DNA of 64,000 bases. Source: Octopus sinensis (Eukaryota). The first letter of the stretch is position 1, and each line of letters starts with the position of its first letter. Positions 13,032-26,117 of this stretch are shown here, one piece after another. A model generated the notes under the pieces. It saw only the letters and a list, made by a program, of their open reading frames with translations, searched no databases and was not told the origin of the DNA. Made by a program: the position numbers and the translations under genes. Location: contig NC_043004.1 in NCBI RefSeq assembly GCF_006345805.1, forward strand, positions 60,388,001 through 60,452,000. The letters run 5' to 3'.

Positions 13032-13551
13032 AAAACGTCTATGCAAAGGTGAGAACAAGGGAACGGAGCAATGAACAACAGGAGTACAAGGAAGTCTAAA
13101 AATATCAACAAATGTACCCAAGCTTGCCCACATATGGATAGTCTAAAATCTAACCTCCTCGTCTCCCTCGGTCAAGGTTTTCAAACGCTGCATGAAGTGC
13201 TATTGCTATCACCATGGACTTCTGGAAGATTTCAAGAAATCTGAAGCTAAGTTGTTTATTAGAGATAAAGATTGTTTAAGAATAGATATAATTGTGATAG
13301 TATAAAGCTCACCAAGAGACTGCGCTTTCCCCATGCGTTTTCCAACTATAAGATGCTCACTTGCGTTTTTATAGTTTGAAATTCAAAGTTTCTATGTAAT
13401 TAGTGGTAGATACAGAATTACAAATCGAGTAAAGGTGACTGTTTCCTGCCACGTAAAGATTAAATCTGCAATTGGTCGCTCAAAAAAGAAAGTTAGAACT
13501 ACTAGATAAAGTGAATAAAGTGAAAGATGGGCGCAAGCATATTGCATAATA

Positions 13552-13933
13552 GGTGGCACTCCGTCGGGTACGACGACGAGGGTTCCAGTTGATCTGATCA
13601 ACGGAACAGGCTGCACGTGAAATTAACGTGCAAGTGGCTTAGCACTCCACAGACACGTATACCCTCAACGTAGTTCTCGGTGAGACTCAGCGTGACGCAG
13701 AGTGTGTCAAGGCTGGCCCTTTGAAATACAGGTACAACAGAAACAGGAAGAATGAGTGAGAGAAATTTATGGTGAAAGAGTACAGCAGGGTGCGCCACTA
13801 CCTTCTGCGGGAGCTACATGGAGCTTTAGGTGTTTTCACTCCATACACACTCACTACGCCGGGTCTTGGAATCGAAACCGCAATCCTATGACTTCCAGTC
13901 CGCTTTCCTAATCACTGGACCATTGCGCCTCCA
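13552..13933 (-). mobile_element. tRNA-derived SINE, family C (head GTGGAGGCGCAATGGCCCAGTGG)
   Basis: Homologous to the copies at 25060 and 25733. Imperfect TSD CATA(T/A)TGCATAATA at 13538 and 13934. Confidence 0.85.
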
Positions 13934-14313
13934 CATAATGCATAATAATAAGTGGAGGAAAATGCAAATCTCCACGAAGCCGTCTGGAAGCTATATTCAC
14001 TATTGGAACTAAAAGGAAAACAAAAGGAATGTCGAGGAAAATGAAGGATGAACATATCCAAGGAAATAATATCCAAACTAAAATTTGGACCAGGTCACAC
14101 ACCGGATTATTCATAGTATAAACGATGATTTTGTATAAAATCAAACAACAATGTCTGAGGAAAGTGAATTAGGTTGAGTAACATTTATAATTTTCTCAAT
14201 TGTATTGATAGTGTTTGTAAAGAGAGATGATAAAGCATGAATAGAATTCATGACATGAGTTTATCTGATTTTAAATTTTACTCTAATGACTTTACGGCAA
14301 AAGACATAAAATA

Positions 14314-14650
14314 TTGGGTTGTCCGGAAAGTTTGTGCCGATTTTTAAAAGAATGAAAAAGGTCAATAAATACTTTCCATTACATTTTTAATTAACCAAAT
14401 ATGAACCATTTTGTTGCACAATGCGTCTCCAACTTGAAACTACCCTCTTCCCAGAACTGAGGTGGTTTCATGGCAAATACTTCATCAAAGTATCTTTTCA
14501 TGTCATCCAAGGAATTGAAATTTTTACCATTAAGACTATTCTGCAGAGACCTGAACAAGTGGAAATCTGAAGGAGCAATATCTGGTGAATACGATGGGTG
14601 GGGTAACACATCCCAGCCGAGCTGCAGCAATTTTTGTCTGGTTTCCAAAG
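14314..14650 (-). mobile_element. mariner transposon 3' fragment with TIR
   Basis: Minus-strand peptide LGWDVLPHPSYSPDIAPSDFHLFRSLQNSLNGKNF carries the mariner YSPDLAPSD motif. TIR-like TTGGGTTGTCCGGAAAGTTTGTGCCGATTT from 14314 is preceded by TA. Confidence 0.9.
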
Positions 14651-15441
14651 TATCAAGTGTCGAAAAGGAACTTTCTTTTCAATTTTAAAGGGTTACAGAC
14701 TGAACACATGTTATAGGAACATAAACCTTCTTCCACGAAAAGGTAGCTGAAACTGTGCTCTAAATGGAGGTGTAATCAAATCCTATTTTATGGACTCAAC
14801 CATGTTCCAAAATAAGTCGAAAGCTAATCTACCACAAATCGGCATGAACTTTCCGGACGACTCCATACAATCACTTGTTAGGGTGAGAAGGCAGCTCAAT
14901 ATATTGTCTGACATAATTAATACTTTATTTTTGGGTTACGAGAATAATGAACCTTCACTAGAGCAACATTCGAAGCGACAACTTAAATGTACGTAACTAT
15001 ATAAAATCATTAGACTTAATTCTGTATTGCTCCTTAATCATGATACTGCGAGATATTTATATGGGTGCTTGAAACTTGAACGCATACGAAACTCTACAAG
15101 CAAGTCATAGTGGAGTTTCCCGGTCCATCAGCCAATATAACTTTCCTTACTAAAGAAAGGAGAAATACAAAGAAAATAACTGAAATTGAGATTTCAGGGA
15201 GTTTTGGGTGCTATTTCGATCAGTGGTAATGGTGCTGCCTATCCTCAGGATACTCTTAAAGAATGGCAGAGCAGAATAATATATTGTAATTTTAACTGTC
15301 TTTTATAAGTCCCACCGAGGTCGACTTTGCGTTTCATCATTTCGAAATCGATAAAGAAGTACTTGCTTAGCTCTGGTGGGTTAATATAATAGACATACAC
15401 CTCCCCTAAATTGCTGGCCTTGCGCCAGAATTTGGAATCAG

Positions 15442-15478
<37 letters not shown>

Positions 15479-15617
15479 ATATATATATATATATTATATA
15501 TATATATATTATTTTATTTTATTCTATTATATTATATTATTATAAGATTGTAAATAAAACGTGAAAATCAGACAAGGTTGGAATTCCTTATATTAATATA
15601 TATATATATATATATAT

Positions 15618-16398
15618 AAGAATAAATGTTTTTATATATAAAGAACGTGAAATACAGGAAGGGACGAACACGGAACACAGACAAATCATTCGAAGCCTTC
15701 AATCTTCAGTCAGACACCGAATCATCATAGCAAATTTCGGCTGTTCAATTCTGATATTTGCTCCAACTCGGCCAGCCCCAAGAAAAAAACTAAGCTGTAA
15801 GCATTAGATTTCTTGGTAGAAGACAAGAATGTAGACGCAAGAGACGGATGTAAATACAAGAGACGAAAACGAAATTGAAAACAGTAATGGATAAACAAAA
15901 TATAACGGTTTTTGTCTTACGACTTTAGACCAAATGAGACAAAAACAACAACAACATAGCAGCTGGCGTAAAAATAATTACCTTTTCGGTAGAGAGGACA
16001 CATGTTGGTCGAGATACGATCGCCAACAGAATGGTTAAGAAGCAGCAGGTTGCAGGAGAGAGAGAGAAAGAGAGACAGAGAGAGAGGGAATCAAAGAGGG
16101 TGGAAGGCAGGGGACAGAATCAGTGACCAAGAGAAAAGGAGAAAGAAGGGATTGAGGAGGATGGGAAGAAGAGGGGGGAAGTATCGGAGGGCGCCAAAAT
16201 AGTTTGGTAAAGAAGCAATGGCGGGTAGGAAAGAGAAAGTATATAGAAGTCGTGCAGGGTTTAAAATTGGATAAACAAACGGGGTGGGGGGTGCACGTAA
16301 CGCCGCAATAATATAAGAATAAATGTTTTTATATATAAAGAACGTGAAATACAGGAAGGGACGAACACGGAACACAGGCAAATCATTCGAAGCCTTCA

Positions 16399-16400
<2 letters not shown>
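15618..16400. mobile_element. Non-coding element with terminal direct repeats of about 86 bp (697-nt period), between (TA)n tracts
   Basis: AAGAATAAATGTTTTTATATATAAAGAACGTGAAATACAGGAAGGGACGAACACGG...CGAAGCCTTCAAT occurs at 15618-15703 and 16315-16400. Confidence 0.7.
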
Positions 16401-16429
<29 letters not shown>

Positions 16430-16877
16430 CAAGAGAAGTGTATAAAAGTTTTGAGGCTTGAAGGCCTTGGAGACTTGTACCGTCATCAGAGGTCCTGTAT
16501 TATGTAGTGTTTTTTGTCGGCTCAAGACATTTCATACACCCCTCGTATGTACTCACACGCTCACGCGCTCTTATGCACACACACACGTGGGCGCGCACGC
16601 ACACATATTTTATATGCATTGCATTCTTATTCCGTCACCTTTTTGTTTCCTTTCATATATTTCCATTTTCACTTTTTCCTTTGTCGTCGCTTTTTGACCT
16701 TACACGAGCTGCTTTCTTAGTTTCTTCCTTTCTTACCGAACAACTTTTCTCGTATTTACAGGGATTCACATGCTGATACTTCCTAATTCTTCTCCATTTA
16801 TTCGCGCGGTTATTAATCTCTCTCGCTCTCTCCCATACTCACATTCACTAAATGTATATATATATATACATACACAC

Positions 16878-16929
<52 letters not shown>

Positions 16930-16996
16930 TATATATATACATGTATATGTATGTATATATATATATATATATAATATATATATATATTATATATAT

Positions 16997-17027
<31 letters not shown>

Positions 17028-17029
17028 TA

Positions 17030-17103
17030 ATAAGGGTAGAAATTGATATTAATCAATTAAAACCAGTGGCTTAGCATATCTAAAAAAATCCGAAGATTAA
17101 AAA
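17030..17103 (-). repeat. Short fragment of the 3.6-4.4 kb element family
   Basis: TAAGGGTAGAAATTGATATT...CCAGTGG...AATCCGAAGATTAAAA matches 3637-3710 and abuts (TA)n. Confidence 0.75.
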
Positions 17104-19358
17104 TTGTGTTACGTATGTATGTATGTGTGTATATATTTATATTTAAATATATATATATATATGAATGATGCAATATATATGATACAATATATATATATGT
17201 ATATGTTTATATGTACGTATATGTGGTTATATATTTATGTAGTGGTCTCTTTCTCGATTTTATTTCATTCTTTCAGTTCCTTCTTCTGCTGACCCCCTGC
17301 ACCACCTCTTCACCTTTCTCGCTATCTCTGAACCTGTCTCCTTTCTCTTCTCACTTTCACTCTTTCTCTCTCCTTTGTCTCCGTCCAGGAGTTCTGATAA
17401 CAGATTAACCGTTATTTGCACAGTTTGAAGCACTGCATGAATGTCCTTCGCCACACTAATGAGCTTTAGATCATTATGCCTTACATTCAAGGTACAATTT
17501 GAAACTATCACGTTTATTGTCTACGTATAATACGCACACACATAGAAACACATACAGCCCCTTGAAACATCCACATACATTCGCACTTATATACACATAA
17601 ACGTTTGTATGAACACATACTTATGATGTTCTCCTCGTTCACACGGATTCAGGTTTCCACTTATAAATCAACTATTGCTTTACTTTCTATGGCTGACATT
17701 TACAGACAATATATAGAAAAAATATATACTTAATCTCCCTATGATGCTATCGTTCAGAAATTCTGCACCTTAACAAGTGTGCGTGTTCTTTTATGTTCAC
17801 AATTATTTGTTGTTGTTGCTGTTATTGGTGGTGGTGCTGGATATTGTTGAGATGTTTAGATATTTTTGTCATTGTTGCTTTCGAGGTGGTAGTGCTCGTG
17901 TTGGACTTGATTATGGTGATGAGGCTGCGTAGCCTCAGGTTAATCGTGGTCTTAGAGTGCTATGTTCAGAGGTGTTTGAGATGCGAACATCTCATATGTG
18001 TTTCTCTTGTTTTCTTTCTATTTTTCATTCTTTCTTTCTTTTTCAACTAGTGTTTTCTAGAAGTACATCTTCCGATATATATTCTTTCTTACAAAAGAAA
18101 AAAAAATAAAGAAAATCTGTAACTGAAGTTTGAGTGAGTTTTGGGTGTTATTTGTGCCAGATAGGAACGACTAGTGGAAGGCATAGCATGGTGTTCTCAT
18201 GCTGTTTCTTTCTCATTTTTTCTTTGATTTCTTCAGTCATTCTTTCTTTCTTTTTCAACCAGAGTTTTCCGGAATTACCATAATTTGATATATACTTCTC
18301 CACGATCGAAATAAATAAAAACATACCATAACTAAAAACTGGCTGAGTTTTGATATTTCTATCAAATACGATTAACCATCAGAAGATCTAGCATGTTGGT
18401 TTTATTGTAGTAGAAAATGCTGCTTCTACCACTGACTTTGACGGTCATGGTGGTGTTAATACTAACGAGGACTCCGCTGGTGATATCGATTTCGTCCAAC
18501 CACTTCCTAAATAACATTTAGTGCAGGCACGGTGCCGTTACAAATATTATGATTTATTTCTTCCACTCTCGCATTTTTCTCTAAGTATGTGTGCATCTGT
18601 GCAATATATTATTACACATTCACATGTATCATTGTCGTAGCTACAATTTCTACGCCGTTTTCTCTACCTTCGATGAACAAACGCAAAAATATGACACTAT
18701 TTTACATTGCACTAAAACGATTTCATTCTATTACAGTTATATATATATATATATATATTAGTGTCATTGCACACACACACATTCTTCTCATGGGCATATT
18801 ATAACGGTATCGCTGAACTAAAATTGTTGACTCATCTCTAAAAATAATAACAGGGAGTACAATTTGATTTTACTTCTTCCGGCAAAAGAGGTTGACCAAT
18901 TAACATAAGCAGCCAAGACCAGTGATCCACACGAGAAAATAAAGTGATCGAACTAAATTGGCGCGTAAACTGATAAAGATAACGATGTAATATATTTTTT
19001 GTGTAATTCAACGTTAGTGGTGAGTCAATATATAAATACATTAAGAAGGGGAAGTGGAGGAGGATGAAGAGGAGAGGAAGGAGAGGAAGGAGTTGGTGGG
19101 TGAAGAAGTTGAGGAAGAGAGCTGGCAGTTGCGTGAGTTAAACAGAGAAGAATGAGAGGAGAGAATAGAAAGAGAGAAAGGAGATACAGAGTGGAGAGAA
19201 ATTGGTGGATGTATAATGAGAAAATGAGGAAAGAAACGGATAGACACATGTACAGACAGACAGATAGGTAGACATAGACAGAGATAGAGTGATATCTCTG
19301 ACAGATAGATAGACAGATAGAAAGAGAAAGTTACACAGGAAGACAAACAGAAACAGAA

Positions 19359-19359
<1 letters not shown>

Positions 19360-19443
<84 letters not shown>

Positions 19444-19446
19444 AAT

Positions 19447-19524
<78 letters not shown>
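19360..19524. repeat. (GATA)n microsatellite
   Basis: Direct reading. Confidence 0.95.
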
Positions 19525-19526
<2 letters not shown>

Positions 19527-19980
19527 GCTATTCTGCAATCAATATTTCACATTTCACATTTCCAAATATACGTTTGTGTTTCTGGGTATGTGTGTGAGAG
19601 AGGAGTTCGTGTGTGTGTGAGTGAGAGAAAGAGTGTGTGAGTGAAAGAAAAAGAGTGCGTGTGTGTGTGCATTAGCCTGCGTGTTCTTGTGTGTGTGCGT
19701 GTGTGTATGTGGGTCTATATCGAAAAGGAAAGCTAGACGCATACAGCAGCACACACATGCATACACACACAAACACAGTATATTCACACACATATTTATG
19801 CCTATACATTGGCATGTGAACGTTGTAGAGTGGTTAAGAGTCTGGGTTTCAAAATCATATGATTATATCTCGATTGAAATGCCTGATAGTGTTTGCATGT
19901 TTGAATAATTTTATTTATCTAAATTCAGGCAGAGAAAATTCTATGGAACGAGATATTTGCTATAACGGTATTTCTGCTTC

Positions 19981-20168
19981 GCGGTATTTCGTCTGCCGTT
20001 ACATTCTGAGTTCAAATTCCGCCGAGGTCGACTTTGCCTTTCATCCTTTCGGGGTCGGTTAAATAAGTTCCAGTTACGCACTGGGGTCGATATAATCGAC
20101 TTAATCCGTTTGTCTGTCCTTGTTTGTCCCCTCTATGTTTAGCCCCTTGTGGGTAGTTAAGAAATCAG
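19981..20168 (+). mobile_element. SINE family B, 5' truncated, with TSD
   Basis: GTATTTCTGCTTC is duplicated at about 19968-19980 and 20169-20181. Confidence 0.85.
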
Positions 20169-20642
20169 TATTTCTGCTTCAGCACGTTAGAGCTAGATGT
20201 TCCTGAAATGTAATACAAAATAAGTCATTTTGAAAACATTATCTCTAGGCACAAAAGCAAATTTTTAAGAGAATAGTTGCCATTTTCCCTGCTTTCTAGA
20301 AGCCAATAGGAAATAACATTTACTAACCAAAAACAATAAAATTATAATAAAATAAACCGTTAAACAAGGATACTCTGCTCTCTCACATGAAGTTTGGAAT
20401 CATAAACTCCCTATATTTTTAGAAACAAAGACTCTCAATATATTAGCGTGAAACCTTCCTTCCCATTTCTTTGGTTTATTCTATATGAATTTGTTTCCCC
20501 AATACTCTTCCACCTCATTAGAAGGAACTAAGCTACAACCTATGACGTTCTATTGAGAAACGGAATCTACAGACATGCTAATATTGATCATAGTATGGTG
20601 AGTGTAACAAATCAAAGTCATCTAGCAAACATTACTGAATGT

Positions 20643-21000
20643 TTGTATACTGTCAACATAACGGGACAGTCCAGTAAAGGGAATCACACCACCGCTGTTT
20701 AGCCCTAGGAATCATCGACGCTTCCTGTCGGCTTTGACACATTTCCTGTGTTCTTATATTTGTGAAGGGGAGGCAAGCACCTCCACCAGCTAGGATTCAC
20801 ACCTGATGACGGGTAAGACCCAGAAACATGCATGTCTTCAGGTGTGAATCCTAGCTGATGGGGGTGATTGCCACCCCTTCGCAAATATAAAGACACAGGA
20901 AATGTGTCAAAGCCGACAGGAAGCGTCGAAGATTCCTAGGGCTAAACAGCGGTGGTGTGATTCCCTTACTGGACTGTCACGTTAAGTTGACAGTATACAA
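20643..21000. mobile_element. Near-perfect palindrome (arms of about 163 bp) with a hammerhead core in the loop
   Basis: 20643-20806 is the reverse complement of 20838-21000. The loop reads TGACGGGTAAGACCCAGAAACATGCATGTCT. Confidence 0.85.
20797..20836 (+). ncRNA. Hammerhead ribozyme 5' portion ending at the GUC cleavage triplet
   Basis: CTGATGA 20803-20809; GGGT-aag-ACCC; GAAA 20823-20826; palindromic ACATGCATGT; GTC 20834-20836. The 3' strand of stem I is absent. Confidence 0.75.
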
Positions 21001-21855
21001 CCACTCTATCGCTCCACCACCGCTCATGTCTCTTCGAGACATTTAGTAATTCAATATTTCTAATTACTGAATGTGTTTGCTCAATATGGTTCTTAGGTTT
21101 AGAGCAAGCTGGTATAATAGGAAACATAGATCTGATTGACATACCTTGTCATTTGGCTTGACCACTTCTACATCATACGGGAGCTAGATGTAGTTTAAGC
21201 TAGGCCACGCAAAACAAGAACAATATCAACAATAACAACAAAACTATCTTTTTACGACTATTTCCGAAAACATATTCGGTGGTTTCTATCTTACTGAGTT
21301 TGAAAAACTGTGACACACTTTATTGTTACGACTCACTGTATGATATACCAAATTCCCACCGGGTTCAATATTTCTTTCATCTCGTCGTGATCGATAAAAA
21401 ATTCTAAATCAGGTCGATATGTAATAAGAAATATTAGAAGCTAGATAGAGTAAGTCTATTTGAGGGATCTGTTCTGACTGCAACACACCTAAGTCGCTAC
21501 TGATACCAATATCTACCACCCCAAGTCAGTGGCTATCCCTTGGATAAGCATTGGTTTCGTGGATAGGGGAGAGTTGCATGCGTAGGTTAACTCAGACTTA
21601 CTATAGAAATATCTAGCCTAGACCGTTGACAACTCGTGTAGAAACAGTTGATATTCACATGTAGGGTCGTTCTACTCGGTAACTTCGAAATAAATAGATG
21701 ATATTGAAATCAAAATCTGGAATTTTAACCTCTCTCCACCTATTAGTAGGAAATTGTACTGAATCCCTACAAATAATCCTATACGCAAAAAAGTCTCTTC
21801 GCCGTTCTCTCATCTTCATATCACTCATATCCGTTTCCAAACACACACACATATA

Positions 21856-21935
<80 letters not shown>

Positions 21936-22214
21936 ATATATATATATATAGTCTATTGGATTGGGTGTTCCCAATCTAATGCCACTCAATTGTGGTAGTG
22001 ATGTTCCCCCTGTCAGTAAATAGGAAATGTACTTTCTGTGGTTAAATAGTTCTTTGACTCTTACTTCTAGCAATGCTGGTGCTGCCTGCATCCTCCGTTA
22101 CTGTTTAGTAGCAGTGGATATTGCCACATTAATTATTTTATACACACACACACACACCACACAACACACACCACACACACACACACACCCAAACACACAC
22201 CACACACACACATA

Positions 22215-22257
<43 letters not shown>

Positions 22258-22534
22258 TATACATATATAGATAGATAAATAGATAGATAGATTAAAATCT
22301 AATATATTTGGAGTCCACAACATGGAGTATGTTTGGACAGTTATATTTTAATCGCCACAATTGTTTCGACGCAGATTAGTTCTCCCGGAATAAATATATT
22401 TTATTTTGCAATTATTTACTGTTTGTTTGCATAATGAGATCTAGCTGTGTTTCCTCGGGCGGTATGAGTGTGCTGTCTCCGTTAGTTTAAAATCGTCGAC
22501 TTCGTGGCCATCCCCTCTGCCCGTCGTGGAAGGA

Positions 22535-23202
22535 AGCCACTTCGCCGACACGCCAACATCAAGCAGATTATAGATTAGGCCAGTGACGTAGTGGAGTGGC
22601 CACAAACACTTTGGGACTCTGTCATTTTCTCTGATGTGCCCAGATTTGCTGTATTTTCAGACAGTGCTCAGGTGTGGATCTGAAGACAATGCGATCAAGA
22701 ATTTGATGTGAAAAGACTGCAGCCAACAATGAAACACAGCAGTTATTTTGTAGTGGTCTGGGGAACAATTTGTAGTAATGGTTGATCAATTCTGGTGGAG
22801 TGTGAGGGAAAGATAAAGTCAGATAAATGTGTCCATAATGCAGAAAGGACTCCTTGCAATCTTCTCCAGTGGTGAAATGATTAAAGAAGACTCTTTATTT
22901 ATGGAAGATGTGGCTCTTTGTCACACAGCTAAAATGACTCAACATTTGTTGGATAAGAATGGCATTAAAAAGCTTCCATGGCCAAGCCAATCACCAGACA
23001 TTGATTCCCATTGAACACCTCTGGGGACATAATGGACAAGATACTTCATAAAAAGAACAAGAAAGCATATTCAAAGCAAGATCTTTTAAGATTACTGCAT
23101 GAAACTTGGCAAGAAATTCCGCAAGAGAATATTCGTCATCTGGACATGCTTAATAGTATCCTTACATTGAAAAATTCAAAGAACATGTCTACTAAATACT
23201 AA
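22535..23202 (+). mobile_element. Decayed Tc1-family transposase
   Basis: Pieces RRKPL, LWDSVIFSD, VVVWGTI, FMEDVALCHTAK and KKLPWPSQSPD...PIEHLW match the Tc1 DDE motifs, with stops and frameshifts. Confidence 0.9.
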
Positions 23203-23456
23203 ATATTCACATTATAACAATTAATAAATAATTTGAATGTATAATTTCAGATTTAAATTAATTTTAATGAGTATAAGTCTGTCTATTTACTTCTGTCATG
23301 TCTGTGTATATGTATATGTAATGCATATAAATATATATGTATATAGATAATGAATATATATGTATATATGTGTATATATATATATATGCATTTATGTGTG
23401 TGTGTATATATATATATATATATAATATTATATATATGCATATATATATATGTATG

Positions 23457-23535
<79 letters not shown>

Positions 23536-24014
23536 TATATATATGTAGGTATGTATATATATATATCTTTATGTCAGCAGATTCGTTTCTAAATTTATAT
23601 CGTAATTACGCGGAATAAATTTATAGATCCATTAGGAAATTGTTACGAATGACATTCAACACAAAGGCGCCAGCTGTCATATTTTCATTTTTAGCTTTAT
23701 ATCTAGTTTTATTCTAGACTTACCATTTTTTACAGGCTTACTTTCTCATGTAGATCCATTGCTTTACTACTTTACGAAGTTTATTTTTGTCATAACAAAT
23801 GATTTTCTTCTATAACTTCGCAACACGAGGCCATTAAACAACTGTTGAAACACCTATGTGCTTAATGAATACTTAATCACCGTTTAGAACGTGATATGGA
23901 ATATACATACACTCACAAACAAACACACCTACAGACACGCATTCACACCCACAACCACACGCATACATACACGCGCACATCCGCATATACACACATATGT
24001 ATATTTTTTTAATA

Positions 24015-24205
24015 TGTTTCAATCATTTGACTGATCACCACTTTGGATCATTTAACTGGATCACCGCTTTGAAAGGCTGTAGTCGAATAAATCGCCCCCA
24101 CGACCTATGTTTTAAGCCTAGTACTTATTCTGTCGTTCTCTTTCGCTGAACCAGCACCGTTTGTCAAGCGGTAATAGGGGCGACAGACACAGACTCAAAG
24201 ACATA
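24015..24205 (-). mobile_element. SINE family A, diverged 3' fragment
   Basis: AAGCCTAGTACTTATTCT...TGTCAAGCGGT...ACAGACAC is shared with the 421-820 copy. Confidence 0.65.
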
Positions 24206-24920
24206 AACAAATGAGTTCCTACGAATGAATCGAAAAGCAGCATGGCCTGCCATTTAGGCCATATTGACCTGAAGCAGTAGGTTTGTAGGTTTTCTTTGTT
24301 TGCACATAGGACGAGAGGGAGACAGATAAATAGAGCAAATAGCAAATATGAATTGATAGGTAAAACAGCGAAAAAATTCTATTCAACATTTAATGCAGAA
24401 TACAATTATACCATTTATGCGACTGATGCCGTGTAAGTTCATTATCCCATTTGGCATGCTGTATTTCCCTTCGGAATGAAAGATATCATAAAGTTAACAC
24501 ATTAATCTCCACATCAAATCAGCTTCTAAATTAATCTAAATATTGCCATAAATACTAAATAGAAAATATTAAATATCCCACAAAGCCAAATGAAGAAACC
24601 TTCTCGCTCTCTCTCTTTCTTTCTCTCTCTCTCTCTCTATCTCTCTCTGTCACACAAACACACACATCCATTTCATCTGTTTGAAACAGTGTGTGTGTGT
24701 GTGTGTGCGTGCGTCCTTCCGCTTATATGGGGCGTTCCATAATCGCCATTTATTTCAATCATTCTTGTGATATTCCCGTAACTCATTTTTTCATTTAATC
24801 CTGATTTTAATTTTCGAAAGAGTTTCTGAGAATATGTTCTCACTCTCTACAAGAGGAGTCGCGGAAGATGTAGATGATCAGTATTCTACAGTGAAGCAAA
24901 GGCGAGTACAGGTAACCAGA

Positions 24921-25640
24921 TTCAACGTTGACTTCTGCAACTCTGTTAACTCTATTAAGTATGTTGGCAAATATATAGACAAAGATTTAGATGCTGCAGC
25001 ATATTCTCATATACAGAATGGCAGTCAGTAGATAAATAAAAACGACGAGGATGCACCATGATGGAAGCACTCCGTCGGTTACGACGACGAGGGTTCCGGT
25101 TGATCCGAATCAACGGAACAGCCTGCTCGTGAAATTAACGTGTAAGTGGCTGAGCACTCCACAGACACGTGTACCCTTAACGTAGTTCTCGGGGATATTC
25201 AGCGTGACACAGAGTGACAAGGCCGGCCCTTTGAAATACAGGTACAACAGAAACAGGAAATAAGAGTGAGAGAAAGTTGTGGTGAAAGAGTACAGCAGGG
25301 ATCACCACCATCCCCTGCCGGAGCCTCGTGGAACTTTTAGGTGTTTTCGCTCAATAAACACTCACAACGCCCGGTCTGGGAATCGAAACCACGATCCTAT
25401 GACCGCGAGTCCGCAGCCCTAACCACTGGGCCATTGCGCCTCCACGGATGCACCATATGACAGTACTATTGAGGCTATTTGGCGCATTTTCAATTTTCTC
25501 ATTCATAAGAAGCACCTATTTATCATTCATCTCAGTGTCCATCTAGAGAATCGACACAAGGCTATCTTTACTAAACAAAGAGCCTTTCTCCAAAACAAAA
25601 CAACCCTTACTGCCTTTTTTAAGTTGTACATCAAATAGGA
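24921..25640 (+). mobile_element. Decayed Helitron Rep-domain remnant interrupted by a SINE
   Basis: FNVDFCNSVNSIKYVGKYIDKD (Rep KY..K motif). After the SINE: EAIWRIFNFLIHKKHLFIIHLSVHLENRHKAIF...KTTLTAFFKL, matching the Helitron EAxWRIF...HLxVHLEN...TTLTAFF pattern. Confidence 0.85.
25060..25445 (-). mobile_element. SINE family C, full length, 11-bp TSD
   Basis: GGATGCACCAT at 25049-25059 and 25446-25456; A- and B-box head. Confidence 0.9.
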
Positions 25641-25732
25641 GTCTCTACATGTCCTACCTCCTGTGTAAATCATAACATTTCTGTTATGATCCCTGATGGA
25701 ATTCACTTCATCCGTGCTGTTGTACAATGAAC

Positions 25733-26117
25733 GTGGAGGCGCAATGGCCCAGTGGTTAGGGCAGCGGACTCGCGGTCGTAGGATCGCGGTTTCGATTCCC
25801 AGACCGGGCACTGTGAGTGTTTATTGAGCGAAAACACCTAAAGCTTCACGAGGCTCCTGCAGGGGGTGGTGGTGAACCCTGCTGTACTCTTTCACCACAA
25901 CTTTCTCTCACTCTTTCTTCCTGTTTCTGTTGTACCTGTATTTCAAAGGGCCAGCCTTGTCACTCTCTGTGTCACGCTGAATATCCCCGAGAACTGCGTT
26001 AAGGGTACACGTGTCTGTGGAGTGCTCAGCCACTTGCACGTTAATTCCAGGAGCAAGCTGTTCCGTTGATCGTATCAGCTGGGACCCTCATCGTCGTAAC
26101 CGACGGAGCGCTCCCAC
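25733..26117 (+). mobile_element. SINE family C, full length, 11-bp TSD
   Basis: GTACAATGAAC at 25722-25732 and 26118-26128; A box TGGCCCAGTGG and B box GGTTTCGATTCC. Confidence 0.9.

Noticed and set aside
25733-25810. tRNA gene-like sequence (also at 52155, 13860-13933, 25370-25445)
   Set aside because: It continues directly into a shared SINE body with TSDs, so these are SINE heads, not tRNA genes.
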